A stretch of 64,000 nucleotides of DNA from Lama guanicoe (lineage: Eukaryota). The stretch lies in NCBI GenBank assembly GCA_013239625.1, contig MU053418.1, positions 248,001 through 312,000 on the forward strand, written 5' to 3'. The notes beneath the pieces were generated by a model that was not told the origin of the DNA, did no database searches, and saw only the letters and a program-made list of their open reading frames with translations. The translations under genes were made by a program, and so were the position numbers. Shown here in pieces: positions 1-14,219 of this stretch (its first letter is position 1; every line of letters begins with the position of its first letter).

Positions 1-849
1 GCTTTATTTCTCTTTGACAACTCTGATTCTTTTAAAAAAAGTTTTCTGAGTTCATAGTTCTAATTTGACAAATATTTCTTGCTTCAATTGAGAAGTCTCT
101 GGCAGCGTCTCATACTTTAGTAGGTAACTTGATTTTCTCTCTGGCTGCTGTTCAGATCCAGTGTTCTCCAATTATATTAATAGTTCTTAAGTATATATTT
201 CTTTTTATTTATCCTGCTTGGTATGTGTTTTGTGTCCCACATATGTGATCTTATTGTATAATTTCTAGAAAATTCTAAGCAATCATTGTTTCATATATTG
301 CTTCTCCATTTTTCTTTCTCTTTCCTGGTCCAATTATTCATGTTATATCTGTCTTCTCATTCCTATCCTAGATATCTTTGAATTTAGTGACCTATTTCCC
401 TTCTCCTGTCACCTTTACTTGGACTATGTCATTTATTTTCTAGTAAAGTCTCTTCAGCTGCATCTAGTCTGCTATTTAATCTATTTTTTAGAACTTCAAC
501 TTATTTTTAGTTCTAAAAATTCGACTGGTTATTCAACAATCTGCCTACCCATACCCATTTAGACATTCTTCCTTACTGATTTTATTTCACCTTTTATTTC
601 TTTGAATGAATGTTTTACACTTAACTGTCTAAAAAGCCATTTTCTTAACAGGTATTGGAAAATATATTTTGTTATTTCTGCTTAATCTCACAAATAATTT
701 ATTTCCTAGTTTTTTTGAGCTCATGTTTTGTTGAACTTAGTGAGAATCTTAATGTCCTGAATTGGAAACAAGAGAGGACTTGTTTTCTTTTGCTTAAAGC
801 AAGCTACCAATCTGAGATAAACTTAGCCAACAGTTTGGATCCCTTAGTG

Positions 850-2690
850 CGGGAATAAAGTGGGGTAAGGGTAGAAGACAAACACTCTATCCCTCCAGGA
901 GGAGCAGATAATCATCTAGGGCCCAGGAATTTACTGATACAAAAGTAGAAGTCTCTTACAACTGAAGAAAGGGGAGGTATACTGAGGAAGTCACACTGCT
1001 GAGGCCCAGGCTCATACCCAAGACTGAAGCTGGATCAGAACAACAAAGACCACCCCAACCCCCACCACAAGTGTAGCACGGAGTAACAAGAGCAACAGCC
1101 CACTGCTGAAGGAGGATCAAGAGCTGGAAGATCAGCCTTCTCTAACACAACTCCTTGGGAAGACAGTTAAAGGCTGAATATGGAGCACAAACACAGAAAA
1201 TTCTCCTGACAAAAAAGATCCAAGAAATATGAATATCAAACACAGCTACATATAAGTAACTGGAGTCCCAGAAAAGAAGGAAAAAAAAGATGAAAGCCAT
1301 CAAACCACATATATGAGAAGCTGAGAAAACAACAAAAAAGAGAAATACAAACAAATAAAACAAAACAAGCTAAACCTAGAAACATTGTAGCCAAACAGCT
1401 GAAAACCAAAAATAAAAAGAAAATCTGGAAGGCAGCTAGAGGAACTAAAACATTAAACATAGAGGAACAAAGGAAGGAGTAATTATGTAAGCCAGAGGAC
1501 AATAGAGCGACTCCTTAAAGTAAGGACAGAAAAAAGTGCCAATCCACAATTCTATACTCAGAGAAATTCTGTATTCACAAATAAAGATGAAATAAAGGTC
1601 TTTTTAGGCAAAAAAAAAAAAAGGCTCAGAAAATTCACTGCCAAGAGATTTGTGTTACAAGACATACTGAGAAAAAAATGTGACAATGAATATATATATG
1701 TTCACGTATAAATGAAAAATTGTGCTCTACACTGGAATTTGACACAACATTGTAAAATGATTATAAATCAATAAAAAATGTTAAAATAAAATAAAATAAA
1801 ATAAAACACAAAAAAAGAAATATTAAAGGAAGTATTGGAAGGACTAAGATATACAAAGAAATAAACTGCTAGAATATAATTTTTTTAAAGGTAAGTAAAA
1901 GACTTTTTCATCACTTTAAAAGATGATTAGCTGCCTAAAGCAAAGATGTTAATCATGTATTGTGGGATTTCTAAGTAAAAATGTAAATCTAAGTAAAAAT
2001 GGCTAAACATCACATAGAGTGGGAGGGAGTAATAGAATTACATTGTTTTAAGACTGTAAGACAACGTGGAAAATAGTATTATTAGACTGTCATAAATTGA
2101 AGATATATACTGTGTACCACGGGGCAACCACTTAGTACATAAATTAAGATAGAGGTATTACTAGTAGTAAATAGTAGAGATAAAACAAAAAAATTCTCAA
2201 TCCAAAAGAGCTTTTAAAAAAGAAAAAAGGAGGGGGAATAACAAGTGGGATAAATAGGAAACAGGCAGCAAAATAATAAATTTGAATCCAAACATACAAA
2301 AATTATGTTAAATTTAAGTGGTCAAAATATTCCAATTAAAAAATAGAGGTTTTCATATTAGATAAAAAAGACCCAACCGCATGCTATCTGTAAGAAATCC
2401 ACTTTAGACATAAATAGGTTAAAAGGAGGGGAAAAGACATATGTGGAAACATTAATTAAAAGAAAGCTAGAGGAGCTATATTAATATCAAAGTAAACTTG
2501 AGAACGAAGACTACTATCCGGGATAGAGAGATATTACATAATCATAAAGGGATCAATTCATCAAGAGGACATAAAGATCCTAATATTTTTGCACCTAATA
2601 ATTCTTCAAAATTCATAAAGCAAAAACCAACATAACTGAAAGGAGAAATAAATGCAAAATTACAGCTGGAGACTGCAATACTGCTCTCTC
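850..2690 (+). mobile_element. Old LINE-1 fragment (5' region, ORF1 remnant, start of ORF2 endonuclease)
   Basis: A-rich sense strand with L1 ORF1-like segments (aaatctggaaggcagctaga; caatccacaattctatactc) and endonuclease-like sequence ~2300-2690 (gacccaaccgcatgctatctgtaagaaatcc). No long ORF. Boundaries approximate. Confidence 0.7.
1670..1815 (+). mobile_element. Short 5'-truncated young L1 3' end nested in older L1
   Basis: Matches the 3' UTR ends at ~19050-19140 and ~53630-53740 (tgtgctctacactggaatttgacacaacattgtaaa) and is followed by an (AAAAT)n tail. Confidence 0.7.
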
Positions 2691-5299
2691 AATGTGTCAC
2701 TGACAAAGCTTTTGAGGGTTATACCCCCAACCCCATTTTTCCATTAGCCATGTAGTTTTTAATTTATTTTGTATTGAGCAGTGTTTTTTTTAGGAATGCA
2801 CATGTCCTGTTATAACAGAACTCATTGCATTAGTATATTTCTTTCTTAATTTTTAGCCTCCCCTTATCAATCCATACAGCCTTTCTCTGTTGCTCAGTTT
2901 TGTAACTATTACATTCTCTTCCATCATCTAATTCCTCTATTTCTTTAAAATTGGTCCTTCAGTTAAATTCAGAGAAAACCACCAATCTTTTTTATGTCAC
3001 TCCTGGTTATCTGATATGTATCCTCTAACAAAGGCTTCTGGGAACAAAGTTCTTGCCTACTCAAGGAATGTTGGCTCTTTTTTCTTAAATATCTTTTTAA
3101 TGGGGTATAAAATTCGTAATGTGACTTCATAAGGATTTTGTAGGAATTGCTCTGCTGACTTTTAGCGGCAAATTCTGCTGTGGAAAAGTCTGAAGCTAGC
3201 TGGATTTTTTCTTATACTGACTGGCTGTCAAACTGATTTTTTGTCTTTGAAATCTATTAACCATGTTAGCATATATCATAATGTTGACAATTTTAGGTCC
3301 ATATACCCTGATGGAGGATTTGCTCTTTTATGCAGACTAAACTGTTATCTCTCCCCACCAAAAGTGTTCTTAGAATATTTTAAATACTTGCTCTATTTCT
3401 TTGACTTTCTATTTTGGGAAATGAATTGTATTTATGAAATATATATGGAATCTTTTTTATTCTTTTTTATGTAATTCAAATTTTATTTATTTCAGTGTCT
3501 TCTTGCTCATTTTTTTCATTTCTTTCTGAATATAATTTTGGCAGTACCTATTCTTCCTTAAGATTCCTCCAGTTTGTTTACTTAACTGTGATTTTATTTT
3601 CTGTTCCAATTGTTTTTTGAGTTTGACATCCCACAATTCATTTTCTCGCTTATGAACATCTTCCTTAAATCCTTTTGTCACAGAAGTAATCAAATCAGTT
3701 AGCTCTGCTTTCTGAAATTCATGGTTTAACATCTGGTCGCAGTACTTAGGTACTTTATAACTGCTTCGGTCAGATGACAACTCAGTTACCTACTACTTCT
3801 TTTCTGATCTTTTTCATCCCTTTTTTCTTGCAATAGTTTTGTATACATTTGTGCTGATTCCTTTTTGATTACTTGGCTTCAAAGGACATGAGTTTTTAAG
3901 AACAGCTCACTGCATGAGGTATACTGGGGAGAGGGAATAGAGATATATCTTAGATTAAAAGGATAATTCCCTATGAACATGTGTTGTGCACATGTACCAG
4001 ATTCAGTCTATAGATCAACCTAGATCTGCCTTCCTTTCTCAACCAAGTAGCCTTACAGGGCTTGCTCTGTTGGTAATCATGGAGTCAAGTGCTGGGGTTG
4101 GCACCAGTGCAGCTGCCGACCAAGTGTTGTGCTGACTTCACTGCACAAGCAGCTGAACTGGGGCCCTGAAGGCGCTGGCTTCCCCAGCAGCTACCTAGAG
4201 AGCTAATGCAATCCAGAAATGAGATGGAGTTAAAACTCTACAGACCAGTCTTATCTAATGAGAGAGAGGAACAAGAAGACAGCAGATACATCAGTTCCCC
4301 TCCCACCTTTCTGACTGGTTCTTCCAGGACATGGTGGTTCACATGAACACTATGAAGATACCCTGCTGACTGAGCAATCAAATGTGCTTATTACAGACCC
4401 ATAGCTAATTGCCTCACTGTGTTCCCTTCCTCATAACCAGACTCACTCCCTGCATTTTCTCATTTTTGTAGGAGGTCTGCACATCCTGACCAACTGTTAT
4501 CAAGAAAGTCTTTGCTTTAAATTCTGTGTTCTAGGATTACTCACTAAAGTAGCATGTAAGTTTATTTCCCCACATATATGCCTCTGTGAGGTTCCTCCCT
4601 CAACAAATGGAAAGTCTTCCTTTGCTTGTTGTCACAGAAAGACTGCTATTGAAAAATATGGCTTGTGTGTCTGCTTCCACACTTAGCCCTACTATGTTTG
4701 CTTTGCAGAACAAAACTGTATTCAAAGCTCCAGTTATCCTGTGCCCAATATTGTGGTTACATGAACATTTAGGTTTCACACCTTTGAGTATGTAATTTGT
4801 ACCTGAAGAGGACTTTGCCAATTCCTCTGAACATCAGAAATGCTTTTGTTTTTTGTTTCTTTTAATTTTATTTTATTGAGTTATAAAAAATGCTTTTGTT
4901 TTATAACCATCTGCTGATACATATACTCCTGCTTGATTTTTTTACAGTAATGTTGCAGCTTTTACATTTATACTGATTTGGGATCTTGGATATTCTCTAG
5001 TGTTAAAAATGGAGTTTGTATTACTCGTTTTCCTTAATGTTTCTTGATGATTTGCAAGCAGAGATAGAGAAAATGCTGACTTCACACACTCTTTTTCAAA
5101 GAAGTTCACTCTATCCTTTAAACACTGTCTTCACTTGGCTTCAGAACACTACATTCTCTTTGTTTCCCCCTAATCTCCAAACTCCTGCTTCCCTTTATTC
5201 TGGCAAGTCATGTCATTTTCATGGCTTCTGTGAGCTAGTGTCCCAGCATACAGCCTTCAGACCTCTGTGCACTCCTACTCCTAGGGAGAGATGTTACCT

Positions 5300-6262
5300 A
5301 ACCTCTTAGCTTTTAACACTAAATTTTAAAACTTTAAATACTGCCATAGCTGGTAATTTCCACACAAATATCTCCAACCTGGACCCTCCCCTAATCTACC
5401 TCTGCTTATATATCCAAATGCTCAGAAAGTAACTGGAGTTTCTTTCTCTCACATTCCTTATCCATTTCAACAGCAAATCTTATAGGCCCCACCTTCAAAA
5501 TATATCCAGAAGCCAATCACTTTTATTCTTCCTCACCATTTCCAACCAAGGGGAAGCTCTCATCACATTTCCATAGATTGAAATATGGCCCTGACTGTTG
5601 TTCCTGCTTTCAGCCCTCTGCCCCTAACAGTATTTTCTTTGCCCAACAGCCAGAAAGATCAGTTTAAAAGATGTATCAGTGTCTTTTGCTTGCTAGCTAA
5701 AACTATACCAATGGCTTCTGATTTCACTTAGAATAAAATCAAAATCCTTATCATGGCCGAAATGGCCCTACATAATTTGAGCTCCTGTCACTTCTACAAT
5801 GCCAACTGTTACTACTCTTCACTCACTCCTTTCCCTAAATTCATGAAGATATTTGTCAAAAACACCAAGTAAAAAAGTAAATAAATAAAAATGAAAAAAT
5901 TAAAAAACACTAAGTGCATCCCTGCTTTGATGGACTGCCATCAAGACTCCCCATGGTTCTCACTCTCATTTTATTCAAGTTGATATCATCAAAAGGCCTT
6001 CCTGACCTCCTTTTCAAAGTATAACACCCCATCATTCTTAACTTTCTTTAATTTCCTTCTATTTATTGGCATATTATGTGTGTGTGTGTATGTATGTATG
6101 TGTGTGTGTGTGTGTGTGTATGATATTGTTTGTTTCTTATCTTTCTTTCCCTATCAGAATGTAAGCTCTCTGAGGTCAGGGACAAAATTTAGTTCACTGA
6201 TGTATTTCCAGCACCTAAAACTTGAATGACACACATAGGTGCTCAATATTTGTTGAATGAAA
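5300..6262 (+). mobile_element. LINE-2 fragments including 3' end
   Basis: L2 3' terminal signature agaatgtaagctctctgagg...gtgctcaatatttgttgaatgaa at ~6155-6262; upstream L2-like segments (cttcaaaatatatccagaa, cttagaataaaatcaaaatcctta). Confidence 0.7.
6077..6121. repeat. Compound (TG)n/(TATG)n microsatellite
   Basis: Seen directly in sequence. Confidence 0.95.
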
Positions 6263-6335
6263 AAAAAGTGAACTTATGAGCAGCACTTAAGAAAAAGAAT
6301 TCATACCTGTCACCAGTGTCCATCTGTTTAATTCA

Positions 6336-6533
<198 letters not shown>

Positions 6534-6647
6534 TCAATCTTTTATTGGGGGAAAAACATTCTTCATGATGTCTGAACAGTTCTGCTTATCACTCTGAATC
6601 TCAAGCCTGAAAAAGCATTAAACTCAAAAAAGCCCCCACAGGTTTCA

Positions 6648-6899
<252 letters not shown>

Positions 6900-7629
6900 T
6901 TATGATGTTCACTTCTCAGAGTTAATCAGAAAATGTGTTTTGGGGTGTCTACTTTTACACTGTATTTGGATGGAGACGGAGAAATCATAAAAGATATTTC
7001 CTACTACTGTAATAAATTATTGGCATCCCACTGTGTGCCTACATGCCACAAAGAACTCTTCTACTTTGGGGGAATCCAATGATAAAGCAATGTTACTGTT
7101 ACCAAGGAGCATATAATCTGAAAAACAGACAAACATACAAGCGAGAACTACAATCAGGTGTTACTATAGTGAAAAGATTTGCAAGGTTGATTGAGGAGGC
7201 AACAAAAGTTCTATTCCTGCTGTTAGGATGAGTTTCATTGATGTCAAATTCTGAGTTGTTAAAACAACATTAGAGTAACATACATGAACTTGGGGCAATG
7301 GCATAACCATGGATACATTTAAAACATGTAGTTAAACGAATAACAATTAGCACATAGGAGAGTACCATTTAGGACTATGATAAGACAAAGAGCTATAAAG
7401 GTGTTTGGGGAATTATTTCTTGAATAAATTTGGACATAACTCCTGCAGAACAGGGGTGTCCAAAATATCTGGTTACTCTTCCATCTGGGAAACCTTTTTA
7501 TTTATAAACTGTAAACTTACAGTGTCAATCTATACATAAGATTTCATTCTTTTTTTTTTAGATTAAAATAAATGTAGGTGGACATCTGAATATTTTCCCA
7601 TAATTGAACAGACTGTCTCAAACAGTCTT

Positions 7630-9600
7630 CGCAAGAGTAGATTCCAGCCCAAGAAACCACTTTTTTGTTCATCTGTAAGAAGCAACTCTTCAGCTGTTAA
7701 AGTTTTATCATGAGATTAGAGTAATTCAGTCACATCTTCAGGCTCCACTTCTAATTCTAGTTCTCTTCCTATTTCCACTACACATACAATTACCTCCTCC
7801 ACTGAAGTCTTGAATTCCTCAAAGTCACCCATGGGGGTTGAAATCAACTTCTTCAAATGCCTGTTACTGTTGATATGTAGACCTCTTTCCATGAATCACG
7901 AACATTCCTAATGGTTTCTAGAATGGTGACTCCTTTCCAGAAGGTTTTTAATTTATTTTGCCCAGATCCATCAGACGAATCACTATCTATGGCAGCTATA
8001 GCCTTATGAAATGTATTTCTTAAATAATATGACCAGAACATCAAAATTACTCCATCCATGTGCTACAGAATGGATGTTGTCTTAGCAGGCATGAAAACAG
8101 TATTAATCCCACTGTACATCTCCATCAGAGCTCTTGGGTGACTAGGTGCATTGTGAACGAGCAGTAATATTTTTAAGAAATATCTTTTTCTGAGCAGTAG
8201 GTCTCAAGAGTGGGTTTAAAATATTCAGCAAACCATGCTGTAAACAGAAGTGCAGTTAACCAGGCTTTGTTGTTCCATTTATAAAGCACAGGCAGAGTAG
8301 ATTTAGCATAACTCTAAAAGACCCTAGGATTTTTGTAATGGTAAATGAACACTGGCTTCAACTTAGAGTCACCAGCTGCATTAGCCCCTAACAAGAGAGT
8401 AAGCCTGCCCCTTGAAGCTTTGAAGCCAGGCATTGACTTCCCTCTAGCCATGAAAGTCCCAGATGGCATCTTTGTCCAATATAAGGCTGTACTGTCTACA
8501 CTGAAAATCATTGTTCAGTGTAGCCACCTTCATTAATTAGGTTAACCAGATCTTCCAGATATCTTGCTGCAGCTTCTACATCAGACTTGCTGCTTCACTT
8601 TGCACTCTGACGTTAGAGAGACAGCTTCTTTCCCTAAACCTCATGAACCAGCCTCTACCACCTACAAACTTTTCTTCTGCAGCTTTCCTCGCCAATTTCA
8701 GCTGTCACAGAATTGAAGAAAAGAGAATTAGGGCCTTGCTCTGGGTTAGGTTTTGATTTAAGGGAAAGCTGTAGCTGGTTTCACCTTCCATCCAGACCAC
8801 TAAAACCTTCTCCATATCAGAAACAAGGCTGTTTCGCTTTTTAATCATTTGTGTGATTACTGGAATAGCATTTCTCATTTCTCTCAAGAACTTTTCCTTT
8901 GCATTCACAACCTGACTAACTGGTGCAAGAAGCCTAATTTTCTGTCTGTCTAGGCTTTCAACATGCTTTCTTCACTGTTTAACCATTTCTAGCTTTTGAT
9001 TTTAAGTGAGAGATGGGAGGAGGGTATAGCTCAAGTGGTAGAGCACACACTTAGCATGCCCAAGGTCCTGAGTTCAATCCCCAGTACCTCCTCTAAGAAT
9101 AATAAATAAATAAACCTAATTAACTCCCCTCACCAAAAAGAAAAAAGTTTTTTTTTAAATGATAAAGTGAGAGATGTGTGAATCTTCCTTTCACCTGAAC
9201 ACTTAGAGGCCCTTGTAGGGTTACTGATTTCAGTGCTGTTGTGTCTTACGAAGTATGGAAGACCAAGGAGAGGGAAAGAGACTGGGGAACAGCTGGCCGG
9301 GTGGAGCAGTCAGAATACACACATTTGAGTTCACTGTCTTATATGGGTTACATAGTGCCCCAAAACAACTATAATAGTAACACCAAAGATCACTGATCAC
9401 CATAGCAAATATTATAATAATGAAAAAGTTTGAAATATTGCAAAAAATTACCAAAAATATGACACAGAGACATGAAGTGAGCAAATGCTTTTGGAACAAT
9501 GGTGCCAATAGACTCGATGAGGGTTGCCACAAACCTTCCATCTGTAAAAAATGCGGTATCTGTGAAGTGTAATAAAGCACAACAGAACAAGGTGCACCTC
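7630..9600 (-). mobile_element. Tigger1 (TcMar-Tigger) DNA transposon, decayed, one end truncated
   Basis: Minus-strand ORF fragments 7853-8059, 8314-8511 and 8705-8908 resemble Tigger1 transposase ([58 protein letters not shown]). Degenerate 5' TIR ends ~9600 next to TA. Confidence 0.92.
9016..9164 (+). mobile_element. tRNA-Ala-derived SINE (camelid Vic-1 type) inserted in Tigger1
   Basis: A box (tagctcaagtgg), B box (gagttcaatcc), ttAGCa anticodon-like loop and A-rich tail; perfect 12-bp TSD AAGTGAGAGATG at 9004-9015 and 9165-9176. Confidence 0.9.
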
Positions 9601-9974
9601 TATTAGGCATGATAATGAAAAATGTAAATGACAAATGTCTTTCAGTAAAAATATGGAAAACTAAGATGTGTTATGGGTTCATAATAAAATATTATATGGC
9701 ATCAAAAAGAATAAAGTATTAATCAACTTGACTGATCCTAAGTGCAATATTAAATTTTTAAAAAGGAGCTGCAGTAACCCATGTACCAAATGAGATAACC
9801 TACATAATTCTAAGAAGCATATAAAACAAAATGTATACTCTTCCATGATACATACGTTTGTCTACTTATACAAACAGAAATGAGTCAATAAATATATATA
9901 AACATACATATTTATATACATATGTATATGTAAAAACATATATGAATAGTGAGTCAAGGATGAAAACCCTGGTG

Positions 9975-10445
9975 CAGTACACTGAATAACGGCCGTAAGT
10001 TTTCACGTCCTAATCCCTGGAACAAGTGAATATTACTGTATATGGCAAAAGGGACTTTGTAAGTGTGATTAAGCTAAGAATTCTGAAAAGAGAGTATCCT
10101 GGATTATCCAGGTGGATTCTAAGTGTAATCATAAGTGTCCTAATAACTAAAAAGGAGCCAGAGAGAGATACGACTACAAAAGAGAAGGCAGTGGAAAGAC
10201 AGAGATGAGACTGAAGTGATATGTCTTGAAAATGGAGGAAGGTACCACAACAGCTAAAAACAGCAAGGAAACACATTCTCCCATCAGAGAGCCCAGAGTA
10301 CCAGCCCTGTCATCGCCTTGATTTTAGCCTCGTAAGACTACCTTCAGATTTCTGACGTCTAGAACTACAGAGGATAAATTTGTGTTGGTTTAAACCACTA
10401 AGTTTGTGGTAGTTTGTTAGAGCTTTAATAGGAAACTAATATACA
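9975..10445 (+). mobile_element. MaLR LTR (MLT1 family)
   Basis: gtcctaatccctggaac...ggcaaaagggactttg...ttaaaccactaagtttgtggtagtttgtta...ggaaactaatataca. Confidence 0.85.
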
Positions 10446-10775
10446 GTGGATACATTATTCATAAAGAGTCAAAAGATTCCAGGAAGAAGGTGTCACTAGA
10501 GAGGTGGAAAGCCACCAGCAGAGGCTGTGCAGAAAAGCAGACACTGGGGTCAAACGCTGCAGAGAGGTCAAGGAGCTCACACTCTAGAAAATATCACCAG
10601 TAACAGACTTTTATCAGGGAAACCAGGAAACCCTGGGCTGCATCTTTCCGCAGGAACACCAAAACACCGCAGGAACCCTGGCAAAATCCATCAGAATCAA
10701 CTTCAGCAGAACTCTGGAAAAAAGACAAAGGTCACAGCAACCAAGAAAATGAGACTGGGAACAGCCACTCCTGTA

Positions 10776-10850
10776 AGGAGGAGGAGGAGGAGGAGGTGAT
10801 GGCCAAAAAAAAAAAAACCCAAAAAACAAAAAACAAAAAAACGAAAATGC
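10776..10850. repeat. (AGG)7 followed by A-rich low-complexity tract
   Basis: Seen directly in sequence. Confidence 0.9.
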
Positions 10851-10898
10851 AGCTGAACGCTGGCAGGAGGGATCTTGCTTGACCTCACCCACTCAGGC

Positions 10899-11318
10899 TG
10901 TATTAGTTTGCTACGGCTGCCATGACAAAGTATGCAGACTGAATGGCTTGAACAACATGAATTTATCATCTCACAATTCTGGAGGCTGGAAGTCCAAGAT
11001 TAAAGTGTCAGCAGGGTTGGTTCCTTCAGAGGGTTGTGACATATGAAGCTATTCAAGATCTCCCTCCTTGGCTTCCAGATGGCTGTCTTCCCCTGTGGCT
11101 CCACAATATATCCCCACTGTACGTAGCTCTATGTCCAAATTTTCCTTTTATAATGACACCAGTATTGGATTAGGGCCTAATCTAATGACCTCACCTTAAC
11201 TTGATTACCTCTTGTAAAGACCTGTAAAGACCCTTTTTCCAAATAAGGTCATATTCTGAGGTACTGGGGATTAGGACTTCAACATATAAACTTTCAGGAG
11301 ACAACTCACTCGTAACAC
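10899..11318 (-). mobile_element. MaLR LTR (MLT1 family)
   Basis: tgtattagtttgcta...ctcacaattctggaggctggaagtccaagat...ccaaataaggtcatattctgaggtactgggg. Confidence 0.85.
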
Positions 11319-13239
11319 TGGTTTAGCAGTGGTCTTGAAGATAGAATCCAATATTCTTGGTGTAGATTTCTGGTGCCGGAGACAACAGATTAGAGCTGTT
11401 TTTCAAACAATTAGGGTTGTCTGTTTTAACCTAACTGGTGGACACCTGAAAAGACTAGAGCAGAATGCTCACAACTCTCTGACATCAGAGAAATGACTGT
11501 ATGAAGGGCATCTATTGAAAACATTCAAAGGCAAATGAACCAGCTGCTGCCACTGGGGCAAAGGATGTCAGCTGGAGCAAACAACAAATATGTTGAAAAA
11601 GTCTGTGAAGAAAAGTTGGGGAGTAAAATGCTTTGGGGCTTTGAAAAGTTTCTATCTATTCCTGGAAATCTAGAAGACACACACATATCTAGGACAAGGC
11701 CCATGTTCAGGAAAGACCCAACAAGGTCCTAAGTGCTCACCTCTGGATGACCATCAAGCTAAGCTCTACATAAGTAGGAAATAGGAGGGAGGGAAGCGTT
11801 GTAAACTGCCCAGTGTACTGTTGAAGGTGTCCCTAACACATGTAGACCCACAGTAAGGACTGGGAGATTTTTTATTTTGTTGGCCACAGGCATTTAAGGA
11901 AATCTCCATTAAATCACCAGTTGACCGCTATAGCAAATAGAATAGAGATGTCAGTGATGACATGCAACAAAGAATAGAGATTTTACAAAAATAGTTTAGA
12001 AATTCACTAAACAAACAAACAAAAAACTATACCTCATGCAATAGTAACAACCCTGGGGCTTGGGGGAAAATGGGATTTCTGAATTAACACATTATAATAT
12101 TCAAAATGTCCAGTTTTCACCAAAATATTACAAGGCATCTAAATGAGAAAGTATAGCCCATTCACGCACAAAAAAACAAAATTCACAGACACTTTCCCGA
12201 GGAAGCTTAGTCTTTGGACTTACTAGATAAAGACTGTAAATCAGATTGTCTTAAGTAAGATTAAAGAGGTAAAGGAATTCATAGGGAGAAAAGAAAACCT
12301 AAAACCTAAAGGAAACCAGAAGAAAAACATTCCACCAAAGAGGGTATCAACAAAGAGGTAGGATGAATAAAAAGGAATCATATAGAAGTCCTGAAGTTTA
12401 AAAGTACAGAAACTGAAATGAAAAATTCAACAGAGGGTTCAACAGCATATGTGCATAGATGGAAAAAAAAAGAATCAGCAAACTAGAAGATAAGTAAATA
12501 GAAATTATAGTCTGAGAAGCAGAAAGAAAAAAGAACGAAGAAAGATAAACAGAGCCTAAGAGACCTATGGGATACTATCAAGTGTAACAACCTCTGCATG
12601 ATGGGATTACCAGGAGAGGAAAGGGCAGAAAAAAAATCTGAAAAAATAAAAGCTGAAAACCTCCTAAATTTGATCCAAGACATGAACCTATACATCCAAA
12701 AACCTCAAGAAACTTCAAGTAACATAAGCACAAAGAGATCCACACTAAAACACAGAATAATCAATTATCAAAGGAAAAAAGAGAATCTTGAAGGAAATAA
12801 GAAAGAAATGACTCATCATGTACAGAAGATTCTGAAAAAGAATATCCAATTCCTCCTAAGAAACCATGTAGGACAAGAGACAGTGGGATGACATATTAAA
12901 GAGCTGAAAGAAGTAAACTTTTAATGAATAATTCTATATTCAGAAAAACGATTTTTCAAAATAAAGAAGAAATTAAGCCATTCTCAGATTAACAAAAGCT
13001 GAAGGAGTTCACTGCTAATAGACTTGTTCTATAAGAAATGCTAAAAGGAGTCCTTCAGGTGAAAATGAACAGAAGACTAAATCAAAGCTATTAGAAGAAA
13101 TAAAGAACACCATTAAGCTATTAAGGTAAATATGAAAGCCAATGTTATATTTTAGGTTAATAACTCCTCTTTTTCCCCTATCTGACTTAAAAGACATAAG
13201 CATAAAACAATAATTACAAATCTATGTTAACAGGCATAT

Positions 13240-13500
13240 GAATTACATTTCTAGGGCTGCTGTGACAAATTCCCACAAACTGGTGGTAATGAGAAATCTA
13301 TTCTCTCATAGTTCTGGAGTCTAGAAGTCTGAAAGCAAGATGTTAGCAAGGCTATGCTCCTTCTGGGATTCTTTCCTTGCCTCCTTCTTGTTTCTGATGT
13401 TGGCCAGCAATACCTGACATTCCTTGGACTGAAGCTGCATTATTCCAATCTCTGCTTCCGTCATCACAAAGTGTTCCCTCTGTTTGTCTCTATCCCTGTG
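13240..13500 (-). mobile_element. MLT1 LTR fragment within L1
   Basis: tttctagggctgctgtgacaaattcccacaaact...ctcatagttctggagtctagaagtctgaaa. Confidence 0.75.
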
Positions 13501-14003
13501 ATCCTGTGATATAGTATTTTGGTCTTTGTCTCCAGCAGGAGGAAGGAAATAAAAAGGATTAGAAAGACAAATGAATGGAATAGAAAAATATAGTGAACAA
13601 GACCAAAGACTGTATCTCTGAAAACAATCAACAAAATTAACAAATCTTTAGCTAGACTGACAAAAAAGAAAGAAAACTCAAAATAATAAAATCAGCAATG
13701 GAGACATTACTACCAACCTAACAGAAATAAGAGGGTTATCAGACAATATTACAAACAATTCCACATCAAAAAACTGGAAATTTAGAGGAAATTAATAAAT
13801 TCCTAGAAACACACAAATTACCAACTGACTGGGGAAGAAAAATAAAATGTGAATAGTAAACAAAGAGATAAAATTAGTAATGAAAAACCTCTCAACAAAG
13901 AAAAGTCCAGAACCAGATGATGTCATTGGTGAATTTAAACAAACATTTAAAGAAGAATTAACACTAATCCTTCACAAACTCTTCCCCAAAAGCGGAAGAA
14001 ATA

Positions 14004-14219
14004 CTACTGACCCTTGAAAAATGCAAGTGTTAGAGGTGATAACCCTAGTGCAGTTGAATATCCAAGTGCAGCTTTATAGTTGAACCTCCATATCCACAGT
14101 TCTGCATCTGCAGATTCAACTAACCATAGATTTATAGTACTGAAGTATTCAGTGTCAAAAGAAATCTGCATTTAAGTGGACCCATGCAGTTCAAACCCAT
14201 GTTATTCAAGGGTCAACTG
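14004..14219. mobile_element. Tigger-family MITE (MER7/MER8-like) inserted in L1 ORF2
   Basis: Terminal inverted repeats ctactgacccttgaa (14004) and ttcaagggtcaactg (14205-14219), with TA on both sides. Confidence 0.85.

Noticed and set aside
7853..8908. Domesticated TIGD-like transposase gene
   Set aside because: Split into short fragments by stops; an ordinary decayed Tigger1 copy with a SINE inserted upstream of the ORF fragments.
9016..9092. tRNA-Ala-like sequence (also 47604-47680) as a genuine tRNA gene
   Set aside because: Followed by a shared SINE tail and A-rich end, flanked by TSDs, and the stems are mismatched; these are SINEs.
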